This document shows positions 13,326 to 30,792 of a stretch of DNA of 64,000 nt, one piece after another. The stretch is taken from the NCBI GenBank assembly GCA_012295275.1, contig CM022678.1, positions 7,812,001 through 7,876,000 on the forward strand, read 5' to 3'. The first letter of the stretch is position 1; each line of letters begins with the position of its first letter. This stretch comes from Chrysomallon squamiferum. Lineage: Eukaryota > Animalia > Mollusca. The notes under the pieces were generated by a model. It was not told the origin of the DNA and ran no database searches. It saw only the letters and a list, made by a program, of their open reading frames with translations. The translations under genes were made by a program, and so were the position numbers.

Positions 13326-13550
13326 TGTATTACTATTAGCATTGCCTAATGGACTGTATTCTCAACTCTTGTTCTATAAATCTATTCATAAAATACTTTC
13401 AAAAAGTAATCAAATAAAAAAGTTTTTATTAAATGCCCTAACTTTTTAACTCGAGGTGTTTGATTATGTTATTTAGAAATACTCATGAAAACACAATTCT
13501 CACAGTTTTGTGACATAAAAAAAAACTTAGTTTTAATTAATTAGTCTTAC

Positions 13551-13640
13551 CTCATTTTGGATTTGTTCTTTTCCATCTTTTTAGGGCTGTGATGGGCTGA
13601 CTGGGGCAGGTTCTGGCTGTGTTGAGTAGACACAGTCAAC
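13551..13640 (-). other. exon-like segment (ttcag acceptor, gtaaga donor); mirror copy 55183-55296 is 24 nt longer
   Basis: Canonical splice sites in both arms. The phase-0 frame (..QPEPAPVSPSQP..KDGKEQIQNE) has a stop in each copy. Possibly an upstream exon of the nSTAND3-ankyrin pseudogene. Confidence 0.45.
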
Positions 13641-14236
13641 CTGAATCACACACAGATTTACTTAGTGCTATTTCGAATTTTTCAAAACATTACAGATACA
13701 CATGGTAAATGTCAAGGGAACAGTTGTCTCAAATCTCTGGAAATTAACTAAACAATGCTACAATAGTCCATGAAAATTGCTACTATTTTAGGTGTGAGGA
13801 CATTTAACACATTTTTCAGACTGAAAACACATATGTTGATCTGTCTGCATACACAAAGGAAAGAGAAAAACAAATTCTAAATACTTAATGACAATAACAT
13901 GGGTAAAATCACGTCAACAGAATTCATTTAACTAAGTGATAGATTTGTCTTACTGAAAGTGGATAAACACTTTCATGTTTGATGTTCAAACATCTTTATG
14001 TTTCTTTGAAAACCAGTCACAATTTGTAAATTACAGTGTATAGACCATATAGAACAATCACGGTTAAGCTATAATTAAGGATTTATGCTAGTAATTTCAG
14101 AATAAGTTACAGTGAGTTGTCTTACTAAATTATGTTACATAAATAATGTAAATGTTTCTGAATGACAGGTACAACTGATTTTATTGTTGATGTTATTATT
14201 ATTATTATTTTTATTGTTATTGTTATTTTAATGTAG

Positions 14237-16533
14237 ATATGAATGAGTGTATATCAGTTGATGCCAGTATTAGTAAATATACTGATGCTTGAATCAGTGG
14301 ATTCACTTGTTCCTGTCTGGCTGGGAAGAAACTTGAAAATGACCAGACAACGTGTTAGTAAGCAGAATTTCTCATTACAAAATACAATAAGGTAAAAATA
14401 AATTTTTAAATATTTAATAAAATAAAATTCTATTTTGAAGTCTGAAGCAATTTATTCTGTAAAATCAGAAATTTCTGATATATTTAGATTATACTTTTAA
14501 TATAATTTTATAAATTTTGTTTTACAAAAAAACACTAACACTAAAGTTTGATTTTAATTTAATTTATTTATTTTAAATTTAAATTTTATTTTTCCCTCTC
14601 AGACCATAGTCAGTGTAAAGTGTGTGATGTGAAAACAACAGAGATGAATGTAGTGTTTCAACAGTTTCATGTCGAGCAATCAGCAACTGCAAAAACCTGC
14701 CAGTCTCCTATCATTTGTGTGTAAGACAGGATATCACAACTTGTCAGACGAATGTGTAGGTGAGTAGAGTATACTTAATAAATAGTTAATTTACTCAATA
14801 TTAAAAATTTGTTAACAAGTTGAAAATATTTTGTTTTATTTAATAAAGAGTTATATGTTAGAAATGATTTCTTATTATTTAATAAACAGTTACATGTTAG
14901 AAATGATTTCTTATTTAATAAACAGTTACATGTTAGAAATTATTTCTTATTATTTAATAAACAGTTACATATTAGAAATGATTTCTTATTATTTATGAAA
15001 TAGTTAAATGATACGATTGATGAATTTCGTACATATTTTTGTGATTTTAATTACCAAAGAAAACAGAATGGATGTTTTAAAATTGAAAAATTACATAGAA
15101 ATGAGTTAATTAATACCTCAGTCACAAAATTAACTTTTTCTGCAATTAACTATAATATATAAATAAATAAATATAATAAAAATACCATTTTATACTTGTT
15201 TATACAGTTTTATTCAAAATTAAGGCAATGTTTATTTAACATTGAAAATCAGCTTTCAGTTATTAAGAAATTTAAACTGTTGAGAACAACAGAAAAGAAA
15301 CAAAAACAAACCCTGTTTGGTAACAGCTAACTTTATTTTTGCAGTTTGGGTCACATTAATTTTTAAGAACATTATGAAAATAAAAAGTAATAATAAAAAT
15401 AATGTTTGACAACTAATCATTAGACTATTATTAAACGTATTCATTACTTCTTTATCTTCCTCATTTGTTCACTGTCTACACCTTCATCAATCATTCATCT
15501 AAAAAAATATTTTTTTTAGGTAATTCATCATTAATTCATTCACGTCAAAGATAACTTTTTTAAGATTGAATGAATGCTTGGTATCATACTTTAACTAACA
15601 ATGAGAAAAGTTGCATTTGTTCTTGTCACAGAGGTTACAAATTATAAAATATATATTTTTAGTTTAATAGTGACAAAATTTGATAAAATTCTAAATTATT
15701 TTATTTTCATTTATACCAGAATATGATAAAATTGTAAATTATTTTGTTGTGACAAAATATAATAAAGTTATAAAAATATTTTGTGTTCAGTTATGACAGT
15801 GCTGCAGTGAACTGTTCATGTGAACAGGGCTGCAGGGTGCATGACACAGTGGAGCAGTGTTTGTGTAGAAATGTTTACCTTGAATTCAGACAATAAAACA
15901 TGCTCAGGTGAGTCAGTTCTACCTTGTTCTCAGGTTAAATTGTTCACTTCAAGCATTCTTAGTTTATTCATATTTCCAGTGTAAGTGTCATCTCTTTGAA
16001 TCTGACTGGTCAGCATTTCTACCATTATCTGTTTTTGGTTTTTTTTTTTATTATTAATAATATCATGCTCATTATATAATCAGCAATCAGTTTGCAACTT
16101 ATGTATGCATTAATAGCTTTTGTGCTATTCAAATAGTTAAGTTAAAATTGTCATTTCTGGAATTAAGAAAAATTTCAATGAATTAATAGTGTTTAAGAAA
16201 CTTGTCAGAATTTATGAATAATTTTTATTTTTATTAATAATGTTATATCTGTAACTTAAACTTGATTAATTTTAGAAATGCTCTGAACTTATGAATTTTA
16301 AATTTCAGTTAATCCATATATTAGAAATAGTTTCTGTGTAAATGATATTTGAGTAAGTTTTGAAACTTGTCAAAAAGTAGGAGAAAGTTTAATTGTTGTT
16401 AACGATTTAGATATAATTTATCTGTTTCTCTCTTTCAGATATAAATGAATGTAATTCAAAACTACTAAGATGGAGTCTACACATGTAACTATGGATGGTT
16501 ATAAATGGGAAACTGACAAAATTACTTGTAGAG
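14237..16533 (+). pseudogene. decayed multi-exon calcium-binding EGF-repeat gene (fibrillin/mucin-like), left copy
   Basis: GT-AG exons: 14237-14357 (DMNECISV..A*ISGFTCSCLAGKKLENDQTTC), 14603-14759 (..DECSVSTVSCRAISNCKNLPVSY..C.KTGYHNLSDECV), 15791-15907 (NCSCEQGCRVHDTVEQCLC..FTLNSDNKTCS) and 16439-16533 (DINECNSK..DGVYTCN..DGY..TDKITCR). Stops and frameshifts present. Confidence 0.85.
14838..15000. repeat. AT-rich tandem repeat of about 38 bp, 4 copies (mirror 53850-54015)
   Basis: taataaacagttacatgttagaaatgatttcttatt recurs. Confidence 0.85.
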
Positions 16534-18691
16534 GTAGATAAAAATTTTAGTATATCACACACACATCAACAGATACACATGCAAATATTCACACACATGA
16601 AACATGCACACACAAACCTCCATATACATACATATGCAGTGAATTTAATTAAATCAAATACAGTGAAATCAATAAAACGAAATATATACATTGAAATGAA
16701 ATGCAGTCTGATACAGTGCAATACAATAAAATAAAATAAATGAAATGAAATACTATGAAATACAATACTCCACACCAGAACACAACACAATAATTGAACT
16801 GAACTGAACAAATTGAACTGAACTGAACTGAAATAAAACAAATTGAAATAATGATAAAATATAATAAAATTAATGGAATAAAATGAAATAAAATAAAATG
16901 TAATGTGTGAAATGATTCACAATGAAATAAATGAAATGAAATACAATACAATGCTATATTAAACTGATTTTGTCCATGGAATAAATGACTTTTTAACAGT
17001 AAGTAAAAAATCATGAAAATAATTAAATCACAACCCATCCCATTTGAATCATATCAACCTTCATTGTACATGGTAAATTGTTTAATATTGTTTATACAAC
17101 TCTGAATATCATTTTAATTTTAATAATAGTTTAATTTTTTTCTTCAGGGTCCTTTATCGTAAGCTTGTTTTGAGAATGAAAGAAAATGTGAGAAGTCACA
17201 TTGATTCTAAGTGACTTGTTGTGTTTATCTCCAAGTTCTTCAAGTTTTCTCACTTTAATGAACAAACTAAGCAGAAGATAAATCCACAACAAACATGAAG
17301 AACTGAATACTTGAAGAATATTGAGAATTTCTAGAAAGTTCCACACCAAAAGTATTATTTTAAAAACAGTTACTTGTTATGTGGTCTGCACTTACTGAAG
17401 AATGTATAAATCTGTGAAACTGTAATTTCAGATTCAAAGTGTCATTCATGCAAGATACAGTCAGACATAGACCAGTGGACAGAATGTTTGGACCAGACAG
17501 TCAAGTGTGTGAAAAAGAAATTATTTTTAAAAATGACTGATGTAGAAATCCTTAATTTACTGTTTTAAAAAAACTACAAATTGTATAGCTCAAGGGAGAT
17601 AATTTTATTATTATGATTATTTTTTATTGATGTTCTGATAAACATTTATGAAAAACTATGCTAATAAAACATAAAATGGAAGATATGTTGTCTGGAAGAT
17701 ATTTTCTTAATGATTAATTTGCAGATTACATTATATATATGACGTTTAGTAATTTGCAAATTGTTTCTAACCAAATGCCTTGGTATTCTTTTTATTTTTT
17801 TATTTTATTAATTTACTTTTATTGGATAATTCCGAAATCTTGTTTCGTAGCATTCTCAGCACCTTAAACCTTTTTAAACATTTTAAATAATTTTTAATTT
17901 GAAAGTTCAGATACATCTTATACCATATTTCTCTAAATTATTTAAGGATTTGGTTGAGGCTTTTCTAAAATTATCTTTTTTATATGCAAAAGTAGTTTTG
18001 ATGTTAATCTTTTCTTTTTCGTGTTCAAATAAATATTTCAAATTATTTTGTTTTCTGTTTTTCGTTACACATTTGTAGCTAGCATTTTCATCAGACTTGA
18101 GAAACAATTTCCTAAGAAGGAATATTTGTATTTATATAGTTTTGAAATAATAGTAGAAGTAATAGATGTGATTGTGAAAGTAGTGATATAGATAATGTTA
18201 CACTAGTCATATATGAAATAAGAGAAGCAAAGTAAAAGATGAATAGTAGCACTTACTAACATTATAATAGTAGTAGTAATAATATAAATAATAGTAGCAA
18301 TAGTAATAATAGTAAGAGGTAATGAAAATAACAATAGCATAAGTAATTGAGGGAGTACTGTTATCCTGGTTCTATTATTAATTTCTTTGTTATGTACATA
18401 TTCAGGGAACACTATAAACACTGCATAGGGATATATAATGTGGGTGTTTCCTGTTGCAGAATATAATGATCAGTACATTTCATATTTGTTTCATTTCTCT
18501 GTGTGTGTTATAAACAGATACAGGTATGTTTTAACACTGTGTGTTATAAATAGATTATAAGGATGCTTTAGCATTATAATGGAGTTAGGACATTGCAATA
18601 GATGTCAGTCTTATTTGAGGATCAAATCAGGGAAGAAAATCATATTTATTAAGAAAATGAGTTTGAATATATATGTGTGTGTGTTTGTTGG

Positions 18692-18866
<175 letters not shown>

Positions 18867-20159
18867 AAAGTCTAAGACATCTTGTTTCAAAAAAATTATC
18901 TCTCAGTTGAATTCAACAACAATAAAAAGTCTGGGGGAGGACTGGCTAAGGGTAGGTTTACAGTTAGATTTAAGACTTATTAAGATTTATAAAAAATTTT
19001 TTTTTTTTTATTATTATTATTATTATTTATATATATATATATATATATATATTTGACTATTATATAAAATCTAGACTGAAAACATGTTACATTTTCTCAG
19101 TCGTATCAAAAGAATTTTAAAATGTCCGACACAGCAGGAACACATGCATGAGCATATATCAGAACATCAGAGGAGGGGAGATAATCGAAAATTTATCTGC
19201 TAAAGGAAATAATCACCATAATATGGGGTTAGGTTCAAACGTCGAAAAGCTAAAACAAAACGAGAATGTGTGTGTGTGTGTGTTTGTGTAGTAATTATAA
19301 TAAGTAAATAAACTTCGGTTTTTGTATAGAAAACATACAAAGTTTTAAACTTTTAGAATTAAGATAATAACCTATGACGAATTTTTTTAACAAACAAACT
19401 TTAAAATTTGTCAGTCTTGGCTGGTTTCTTTTGCTCTTTGAATTCGATGTTTTCATTGACATCTGCAGTAATCTAATAATTTGTAATCTTTGCACCATCC
19501 GGCGAACCCTTTTATGAAATGGAGGTCACCGGACCTCGAAAGTTTGGCCTTATTTTGATATGCGTTTGACAGTAGGTTAGGTTTGTTCTTATTGTTGAGA
19601 AATTTTGCAATCTTTGTTATTAAAGGGGTATATGTTTCACGAACGCAACTTAGAACGAATAGTTATACAATTATTCTGCTCTTAACAGGCTTAAGTTGAC
19701 TGATTCCGTTTTTTAAATTAGCTTTCCCAAAACCCGTAAAGAATACCTTCTTTTTTTTGTATTGTATAAAATATGTTTCTAAATTAATAAACTTAAGCTG
19801 TTCGCGTGTTATTTATCTAGTGGATGAGTGTAGTATTATCATGACGATAATGAGTTTGAATTTACTAATCCCTCTCATTGTTTTTTAAACACCATAGATG
19901 ATGATAACGAGCACGTGAGATATTGTTACGCAGTTTAAAATGTGTCAGTCTAGGCTGCTTCTCTTGCTCTTTGAACTCGATGTTTTCATTGATATCTTAT
20001 ATAATCTAATAATTTGTAATCTTTGCACAGTCCGGAGGGCCATTTTATGAAATGGAGGTAACTGGACCTCGAAATTCTGATCTTGTTTTGATAAGCTTTT
20101 GAGAGCGGGTTAGGGTTAGATTTGTCCTGACGTGTTGAGGCTTCTTAATAGGCTTCAGT

Positions 20160-21879
<1,720 letters not shown>

Positions 21880-21883
21880 ACAG

Positions 21884-21941
<58 letters not shown>

Positions 21942-22153
21942 AGAGACAGACACAGACACACACAAACACACACACGAAATGTAAAAAAGTTTTTCTTTCT
22001 TTCTTTTCTTACATGAAAAGGATCTCCCTTTCTCCCTTATATCTTTTATTATTTGTAATTTAATATTTGCATGGACTGAGCCATTGGTAAATATTTCATT
22101 TTTATATTATAATCTGTTATAACAAGCACACATACACACATTTGTAGGTGTAT

Positions 22154-22269
<116 letters not shown>

Positions 22270-22946
22270 TTAATTACAGTTATTAAAATGATAAAATGTA
22301 TTAAATTTGCAAATGTTACAATTACACTTCTAGTTTGGGTATATTTGAGATAATGTATCATTTTTAATAAACACTGTTTCTGATAACTTTTAATAAACAT
22401 TATTGGAGATAATGTACTATTTTAATAAAGGTGACACTTAAACCATTTGCACCTGAATGAACATGACATTGTCAAACAATTAAGAATTGTTCTCTCATTG
22501 AGGCATGGAAACGAAGAGTACATGTTCAGATTTGGCAATGAAAGAAATATACTATAATATACTGAATTAATTAGTCTAAAAACCGTGTGTGTTTGTGTGT
22601 ATGTGTGTATGTGTGTGTTAACAATACTAAACAAAGGTATATAATAAACAGAGGAAAAATATTATTATTATTATTATCTTTTAAATTAACAAAGAAAGTT
22701 ATGTACTGCTACTACTACTACTATTACTATACTACTACTACCTGTAATAATTATAATAAAGGCACTCTGTAAACTAATTAAACTCATTCTATAATCACAT
22801 ATTAAGCTATGCATTATGAAGCAGTGAATAAACAGACAGGTAAACTCATGTTTGATCTGTATGAAGGTTTCAGCCTCCACTATTGTTGGGTTTCACGGAT
22901 AAAATACTTTAGATGGCCATGATCACAACTAGTTGCTTTTTGGTGC

Positions 22947-22997
<51 letters not shown>

Positions 22998-23009
22998 TTT
23001 TTTTTATTA

Positions 23010-23040
<31 letters not shown>

Positions 23041-23102
23041 TTAAATCAGCGAAAACCAAAGCTACACGACCGGTATATCAAATAACGTGTAAAACAAAGA
23101 TA

Positions 23103-23205
<103 letters not shown>

Positions 23206-24134
23206 ATATATATATAGACAAAAAACAAGCAAACAAAAACAAAAAACACGTGCTTACTGGCAAGTGATGAGTACATTCGGTGTATGTTGTCTCAGTGGTC
23301 GAGTGATGTTGTCTCAGTAATGTTGTCTCAGTGGTCGAGTGATGTTGTCGTCTGTCTAAGAAGTGTGGTGGAATGGATGTCGCACTTTCCAGTCTCGTCA
23401 GCGACATCAGACTTTGTGAGTGCACTTCTGTGCTAGTGCGTTCCAGATTAGAATCAGACGTACATAAGACACAGCATATTCATTCCTAAATGTATACATA
23501 CATGCATACATATATTCATCCAGGTCAGATACACATATACAGATTTAGAAATGTATTTTATCGTTCTTATTTTTGTATACACCCTGAACGCTTTTGTATG
23601 TAGTTATAAAATGTATCATGTATGTGAAAACATAAAAAAATATAAAAAAACAAAACAAGAAAATGATATAAAAAAACACACCAGAAAAAGTAGTAATAGC
23701 AATTTTCTACTAGCGGATGGTAGCGGATATTTAAGGTTGTCTTTGTTATAAAGTTAAAAACGGATATCTATGAAACTGTTTTTCAGTAGATACATTTCTC
23801 TTCTGTATACTAGGCACAGACAATCTTAATAAAGTAATAATGTTTATATGTATATAATCTTTTTATTATTATTATTAAGATTGTGAAGTCTATATGTATC
23901 ACAGAAAAACTCTAAAGTAACTATAAACAAGAAAAAAGTCATCGTGTGTGTGTGTGTGTGTGTGGAGTGCTTGTGTGTTAGTAATTATAATAAGTAAATA
24001 AACATAAACAGTTTTAACATTTAAGAATTGAGATAGAACAGATGTGGTGAGATTTGCTTAACAAACAAAGTTTTAAAATTTTAGAATTAAGATAATTAGC
24101 TATGGCGGGTTTTGTGTAACAAACAAACAAAGTT

Positions 24135-24330
24135 TTAAAATGTGTCAGTCTAGGCTGGCTTCTCTTGCTCTTTGAATTCGATGTTTTCATTGACATCTGC
24201 AGGAATCTAATAATTTGTAATCTTTGCACAGTCCGGTGAGCCCTTTTATGAAATGGAGGCTAGTGGACCTCGAAATTCTGACCTTGTTTTGATAAGCGTT
24301 TGACAGCGGGTTAGGGTTAGATTTTTTCTC
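24135..24330 (-). repeat. module M copy 3 (mirror 44800-44995)
   Basis: Same module of about 190 bp, with GGGTTAGGGTTAG at about 24308-24320. Confidence 0.9.
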
Positions 24331-24381
24331 ACTTGTTGAGAAATTTTGCTGTGTAATCTGTGTCATTAAAGGCGTATAATA

Positions 24382-24576
<195 letters not shown>

Positions 24577-24689
24577 ATACATACGACTTATTACTTATAG
24601 TAATATGATTATTTTTCTCTAATTAGGTTTTAGTTGAGTGATTTCTTCTTATTATTATTATTATTAGTTGTACTAGTACTAGTAGTACT

Positions 24690-25130
24690 TTTACTGGTAT
24701 TGATATTGTTGTTATTTTAGAATCGTCTGAATGAAGAAGCTCACATTTTTAGGATAGTTCACACTGATTAGTAGTAAAATACTAATAGTAGTTTTCTATT
24801 TTCAGTTCAAACAAAGCTTTCTGTAAATATATTTTTATATATCTAGAAATAAGAAAATTATTTTAACACTTTTTCAGAGGTTTTTCTTAATCCAGCTTCT
24901 TAACAGTCATCTTGGCACCCAAAATCATCTGAAATAATCAAACATAAAACATAACTCAGTTAATTTTACAATTCTATCCTTTTTTTAAATTTATTTATTT
25001 ATTTTAAATTACTGCACAATTATAAACAGAACTAGATAATCGTAACTGTTCAGAAGAGAGATTTGACTAAACCGACATAAAATGTAAACTGAGTAACCAT
25101 CTATAAAATCAAAAGAAAACAATTATAAAA

Positions 25131-25166
<36 letters not shown>

Positions 25167-26336
25167 CAAAATAATTAAATAATAACAGCAAAGTTGAAAA
25201 ATAGCGATACAGTTTATAAATAAAAAGAAACACCAGATAACTAGATGCTAACAAAATAATAAATTCATCAAGTGACAAAAAATAAAAATAAATATTATCA
25301 TTACACAATGGACAGTCTGTATGACGTCGTTAGAACTCAGCACTGCATTTAGAACTTCGACAACCTCATACAACACGTTGTGTTCTAAAGGGACAGTAGA
25401 TTCAGAACCTCGAGAAACTGCTTGAAATTAGCCGGGTATGTATCCAGAAGGGTCCGCTGTGTGTCCCACTGCAAAATCTGTTAATACTGTCCCATGTTGA
25501 CGATGTTTTACATATTACAAAATCTGTTAATACTGTCCCATGTTGACGATGTTTCACATGTTACATATCTGTTAATACTGTCCCATGTTGACGATGTTTC
25601 ACATATTACAAAATCTGTTAATACTGTCCAATGATGTTTTACACATTACAAAATCTGTTAATACTGTCCCATGTTGACGATGTTTTACATATTACAAAAT
25701 CTGTTAATACTGTCCCAATGATGTTTTACATATTACAAAAAATCTGTTAATAATACTGTCCCATGTTGACGATGTTTTACATATTACAAAATCTGTTAAT
25801 ACTGTCCCATGTTGATGATGTTTTACATATTACAAAATCTGTTAATACTGTCCCATGTTGATGATGTTTTACATATTACAAAATCTGTTAATACTGTCCC
25901 ATGTTGACGATGTTTTACACATTACAAAATCTGTTAATACTGTCCCATGTTGATGTTGATGATGTTTTACATATTGCAAAATCTGTTAATACTGTCCCAT
26001 GTTGATGTTGATGATGTTTTACAGATTACAAAATCTGTTAATACTGTCCCATGTTGACGATGTTTCACATATTACAAAATCTGTTAATACTGTCCCATGT
26101 TGACGATGTTTCACATATTACAAAATCTGTTAACACTGTCCCATGTTGACGATGTTTTACATACTACAAAATATGTTAATATTGTCCCATGTTGATGATG
26201 TTTTACATACTACAAAATCTGTTAACACTGTCCCATGTTGACGATGTTTTACATACTACAAAATCTGTTAACACTGTCCCATGTTGACGATGTTTTACAT
26301 ATTACAAAATCAACACAGCACGTGAAATACTACTGC

Positions 26337-26369
<33 letters not shown>

Positions 26370-26698
26370 TATAGTAGTAGTAGTAGTAGTAGCAGCAGCA
26401 GCATCAGCAGCAGTAGTAGTAATAATAATGACTGTTTGAAATTCCAAAACTGATTAAAAACTAAAGTGAAGACGTCACTGCTATAAACATACAGATATAA
26501 TTAGATTAAAACTCTGCTGTTAGGATGTGAGGTTATTTGTGCAGACCTGGTGATGATCTCTAGCTGGGATAACTCTGTGTCTGTCTGTCTGTCCTACGTA
26601 CATAGATAATTCAGTGTGCGTTCGCTGTGTGTATGTTCTGATATATGCTTAAATAAACAATGTTTGTTTTGCATAAACTACGTCTTTTATCACGATAA

Positions 26699-26741
<43 letters not shown>

Positions 26742-27434
26742 GTAATAGTAATAGTAGTAGTAGTAGCAGTAGTAGTAGTAGTACTAGTAGTATAGTAATA
26801 GTAGTAGTTGTTGCTGTAATAGTAATAGTAACAGTAGTTGTTGTTGTAATAGAAATAGAAGTAGTAAGACAAACACTGAAGAGTAACTGCACGATTTGCA
26901 AACAAATATGAAGATAAATCAATTAACAAAATAATAAACAAACAAATATGTAGACAAGAAAAAATCAGTTATCAAAACAATAAACAAACAAATAAATAAA
27001 TATGTAGGCAAGAAAAAATCAGTTAACAAAATAATAAATAATTAAATATTATAATTGACTCGCATGTAATAACTAAACGTGTCTGTCAGTGAATTTTTAT
27101 TATTTTTCAGAATTTTCTCCAGCAGTGATAAAACTCGTTTATATACAGTCTACTCAGTAACACGGAAAACACTGAGTCCTCGCAAATGATATGGAAATTC
27201 CAAGATCTATTTTTAGAAACTGCAAGTTCGTTATTTTCTTATGAAAACGCAAGTTAATGTGAAAATAATTTGTTGTTTTATGCTTCCTATATTATATTAT
27301 ATTATGTTATGTTATGTTATGTTATGTTATGTTACGTTATGTTATGTTTTGTTACGTTATGTTATGTTGTGTCTATTTTGTATTACGTATGTTATATTAT
27401 TCTGTTATAACTTAATCCTGCATATGCCCGAACA

Positions 27435-27505
<71 letters not shown>
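24690..27505 (+). repeat. unit B copy 1; direct paralogue 30025-32755, mirrors 41660-44420 and 36370-39120
   Basis: Same order of blocks (tactggtattgatattg.., ggacagtctgtatgacgtcg.., minisatellite, cagcacgtgaaatac.., gaattttctccagcag..) in all four copies. Confidence 0.93.
25472..26310 (+). repeat. 46-bp minisatellite array 1 (CAAAATCTGTTAATACTGTCCCATGTTGACGATGTTTTACATATTA), about 18 units
   Basis: direct inspection. Confidence 0.97.
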
Positions 27506-27510
<5 letters not shown>

Positions 27511-27950
27511 CATACAAGATAATATTAGTGTATGATGAGAACGAGAGATAGAAAAAGAATGAAAGGAAGAACGGAGAAAACATGAAAAAGAAAATGTAAA
27601 AGAAAGAAAAAGAATATGAGATATTAAGTGACAGAATGAAAAATATGAGAGATAGAAGCGGTAAAATGAAAAGAAACAAAAAATAATTAGAAACAAAACA
27701 ACGAAAAAGAAAAAAAAGCTAGAGAAAGAATGAAAAATACTAAGAAATAAAATAAATTATATAACCGGATGCTTGGAAAATAAGATGAGGTTTTTGACGT
27801 CATGGGTATTCATTTGAAGGTCACTGTAAGTTCAAGTTGACAGCACAGTTATACACTGTACTGCAGTGTAATAATGTTAAGAATTGTTCTCTCATTCAGG
27901 CATGGAAACAAATTTTGCAGGTGTAATCTGTGTCGTTAAAGGTGTATATA

Positions 27951-27984
<34 letters not shown>

Positions 27985-29477
27985 CTTATTACTTATAGTA
28001 ATATGATTATTTTCCTCTAATTAGGTTTTAGTTGAGTGATTCCGTTCTTTAAATCAGGATTCCCAAAATCTGTAAATAAAATAGTTGTTTTTAAATATGT
28101 TTCTAAATTAATAAACTTAAGCTGTTGGTGTGTTATTTATCTAATAGATGAGTGTAGTATTACACTAATCCCTCTCATTGTGTTTTAAACACGACAAATG
28201 ATGATAACAAGCACGTCAGACCGTGTCACGCGGTGGTTCTGAGTCATGTGATCAGCTGATTGTTGTCGTTCAGCGAGGATAGAAAAATATTTCTTATCAA
28301 TATCAGGTGCGTGCTGAGTTAAATTCTGGCTGCGTGCGCTTATTGTTGTGTACTGAGAGCCGGCGCCAGACTGTCTGGCGTCCCAGGCAAAGGTTAGGTT
28401 CGGTCACCCCCAGGAACATATCAATTTCAAACTTTTAAAACATTTATTTTCAACATCCTATGCGATCTTTAGAGGCAAGATTTTTCTGTTACGGACATTT
28501 AAATATCCCACACAGGCCATTTCTTTCTTTGCTTATACCATTAAACTAAGGTGCACCGCTTTCAGTTTGATTCCGCGACAAAGTGAAGATTTCGTATACG
28601 CGTGATTCTACGGAAAAACTCGTGGCCTGCAAACATAATTAGGTTCTGAAAATTTCATGTACGCACGATTTTCACTCACTTATTTTGTTTGTTTCGGTCA
28701 GACTGAATATACCCGATTATTTGTCCCTGTATAAAATAAAACATTATGAAAAGCGACCGTCAATAAAAATTAAATTTATTTATTTATTTTTCAAAACTGT
28801 TTGCCTGTATGATAGCGCCGACCCTGTGTGTACTTACTATATGTCATTTTACCATTAACTGTTTTTGTTTGTTTTTCTGTTAAAGATATTCAGGATATGA
28901 GTTTGATAAAAATCACAAACACGGTGGATTGACCGAAACTAAATAAATATCATCTGCTAACGTATGTTTCCATTTTATCTTGCGTAATGAATTATGTTTT
29001 TTTATTTCTTCTTTTTTTGTTTTTGAAAGGTACGTTGACAATACAACAACAACAACTACTACTGCTCCAAATACTATTATTATCACCAAACAGATGCTAC
29101 TACTAATATTAATAATAGATTTGTTAATTACATTTTTCTTTTTAATTATTATTATTATTTTTGTTATTTAAATTTGTACTTTTTTCCTTTTTGTCTGTAA
29201 CTGAATTAATTTGTAATATATTTTTGCCTGCGTATATTCAAAACGTGACTAAACAAAGTCAAGTGTGTTTCGCCTCGGTAAACAAACAGAATGTTAAACT
29301 GAACAAGTTGGGTATGAAGATTGTCGTGTCATTGTGTATACACAGCTAAACGCCAACTTGTTTTTATGTCTAATAGTTGTTACATAGTTTTTTTCTTTTA
29401 AAAATCCAGATCCAGTATCAGATTTAGATCCAGTATCATCCAGTTCGTCATTCTATTTCAGACTTGATTTATTTTTC

Positions 29478-29512
<35 letters not shown>

Positions 29513-29626
29513 TTAAAACATCATCAATTTTTTTTTTTTTTTTTTTTTATTATGATATTAGTGCTTGTTAATGATATAAGAAACCGGATTCGAGCAATTT
29601 TATTATTCAAATTTAAAATAAATAAT

Positions 29627-29767
<141 letters not shown>

Positions 29768-30792
29768 TAAGATTCTTAGCTTTGCTGCTATAGTGAAATA
29801 TCTTCACGAATAAAGAGCTACCACACACAAGGCACATACACAAACATACACACATACACATAGATACAAAGATACACAAATACATACAAACATAAATATT
29901 TTTTTAGATAAAAATAACATTTTTAATGTTTCTTCTTCTTCTTTTTCTTCTTCTTCTTCTTCTTCAACTTATTATTAGTTGTAGTACTAGCAGTACTAGT
30001 AGTAGTAGTACTAGTAGTTATAGTACTATTACTGGTATTGATATTGTTTTTATTTTAGAATCGTCTGAATGGATAGTTCACACTGATTAGTAGTAAGATA
30101 CTAATAGTAGTTTTCTATTTTCATTTCAAACAAAGCTTTCTGCAAATATATTTTTATATATCTAGAAATAAGAAAAATATATTAACACTTTTTCAGAGGT
30201 TTTTCTTAATCCAGCTTCTTAGCAGTCATCTTGGCACCCAAAATCATCAGAAATAATCAAACATAAAACATAATTCAGTTAATTTTACAATTCTATCCTT
30301 TTTGTAATGTTTTAATTTGTTTATTTATTTATTTTAAATTACTGCACAATTATAAACAGAACTAAATAATCGTAACTGTTCAGAAAAGACATTTAACGAA
30401 ATACATAACAATTTAAACTGAGTAACCATTTATATAAAAAGAAATTTTTTATAAAATCAATCAATCAATCCATAAATAATTAATAAATAAATAATAACAG
30501 TAGCAACTTCAAAGTTTAAAAATAGCGATACAATTTATAAATAAAAAGAAATACCAGATAACTAGATGCTAACAACATAATAAATTCATCAAGTGAGAAA
30601 AAAAAAAAAATAAAATTATCTTTACACAATGGACAGTCTGTATGACGTCGTTAGAACTCAGCACTGCATTCAGAACTTCGACAACCTCATACAACACGTT
30701 GTGTTCTAAAGTGACAGTGGCTTCAGAACCTCGAGAAACTGCTTGAAATTAGCTGGGTATGTATCCAGAAGGGTCCGCTGTGTGTCCCACTG

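Noticed and set aside
24135-24330. Module M as telomerase RNA (CTAACCCTAACCC resembles the TTAGGG template)
   Set aside because: The template-like word is mutated in several copies and I see no U-rich pseudoknot or CR4/5 element downstream; kept only as an unexplained structured repeat
25472-26310. Regular 46-bp repeat arrays as CRISPR
   Set aside because: Head-to-tail units with no unique spacers, no cas genes, eukaryotic context
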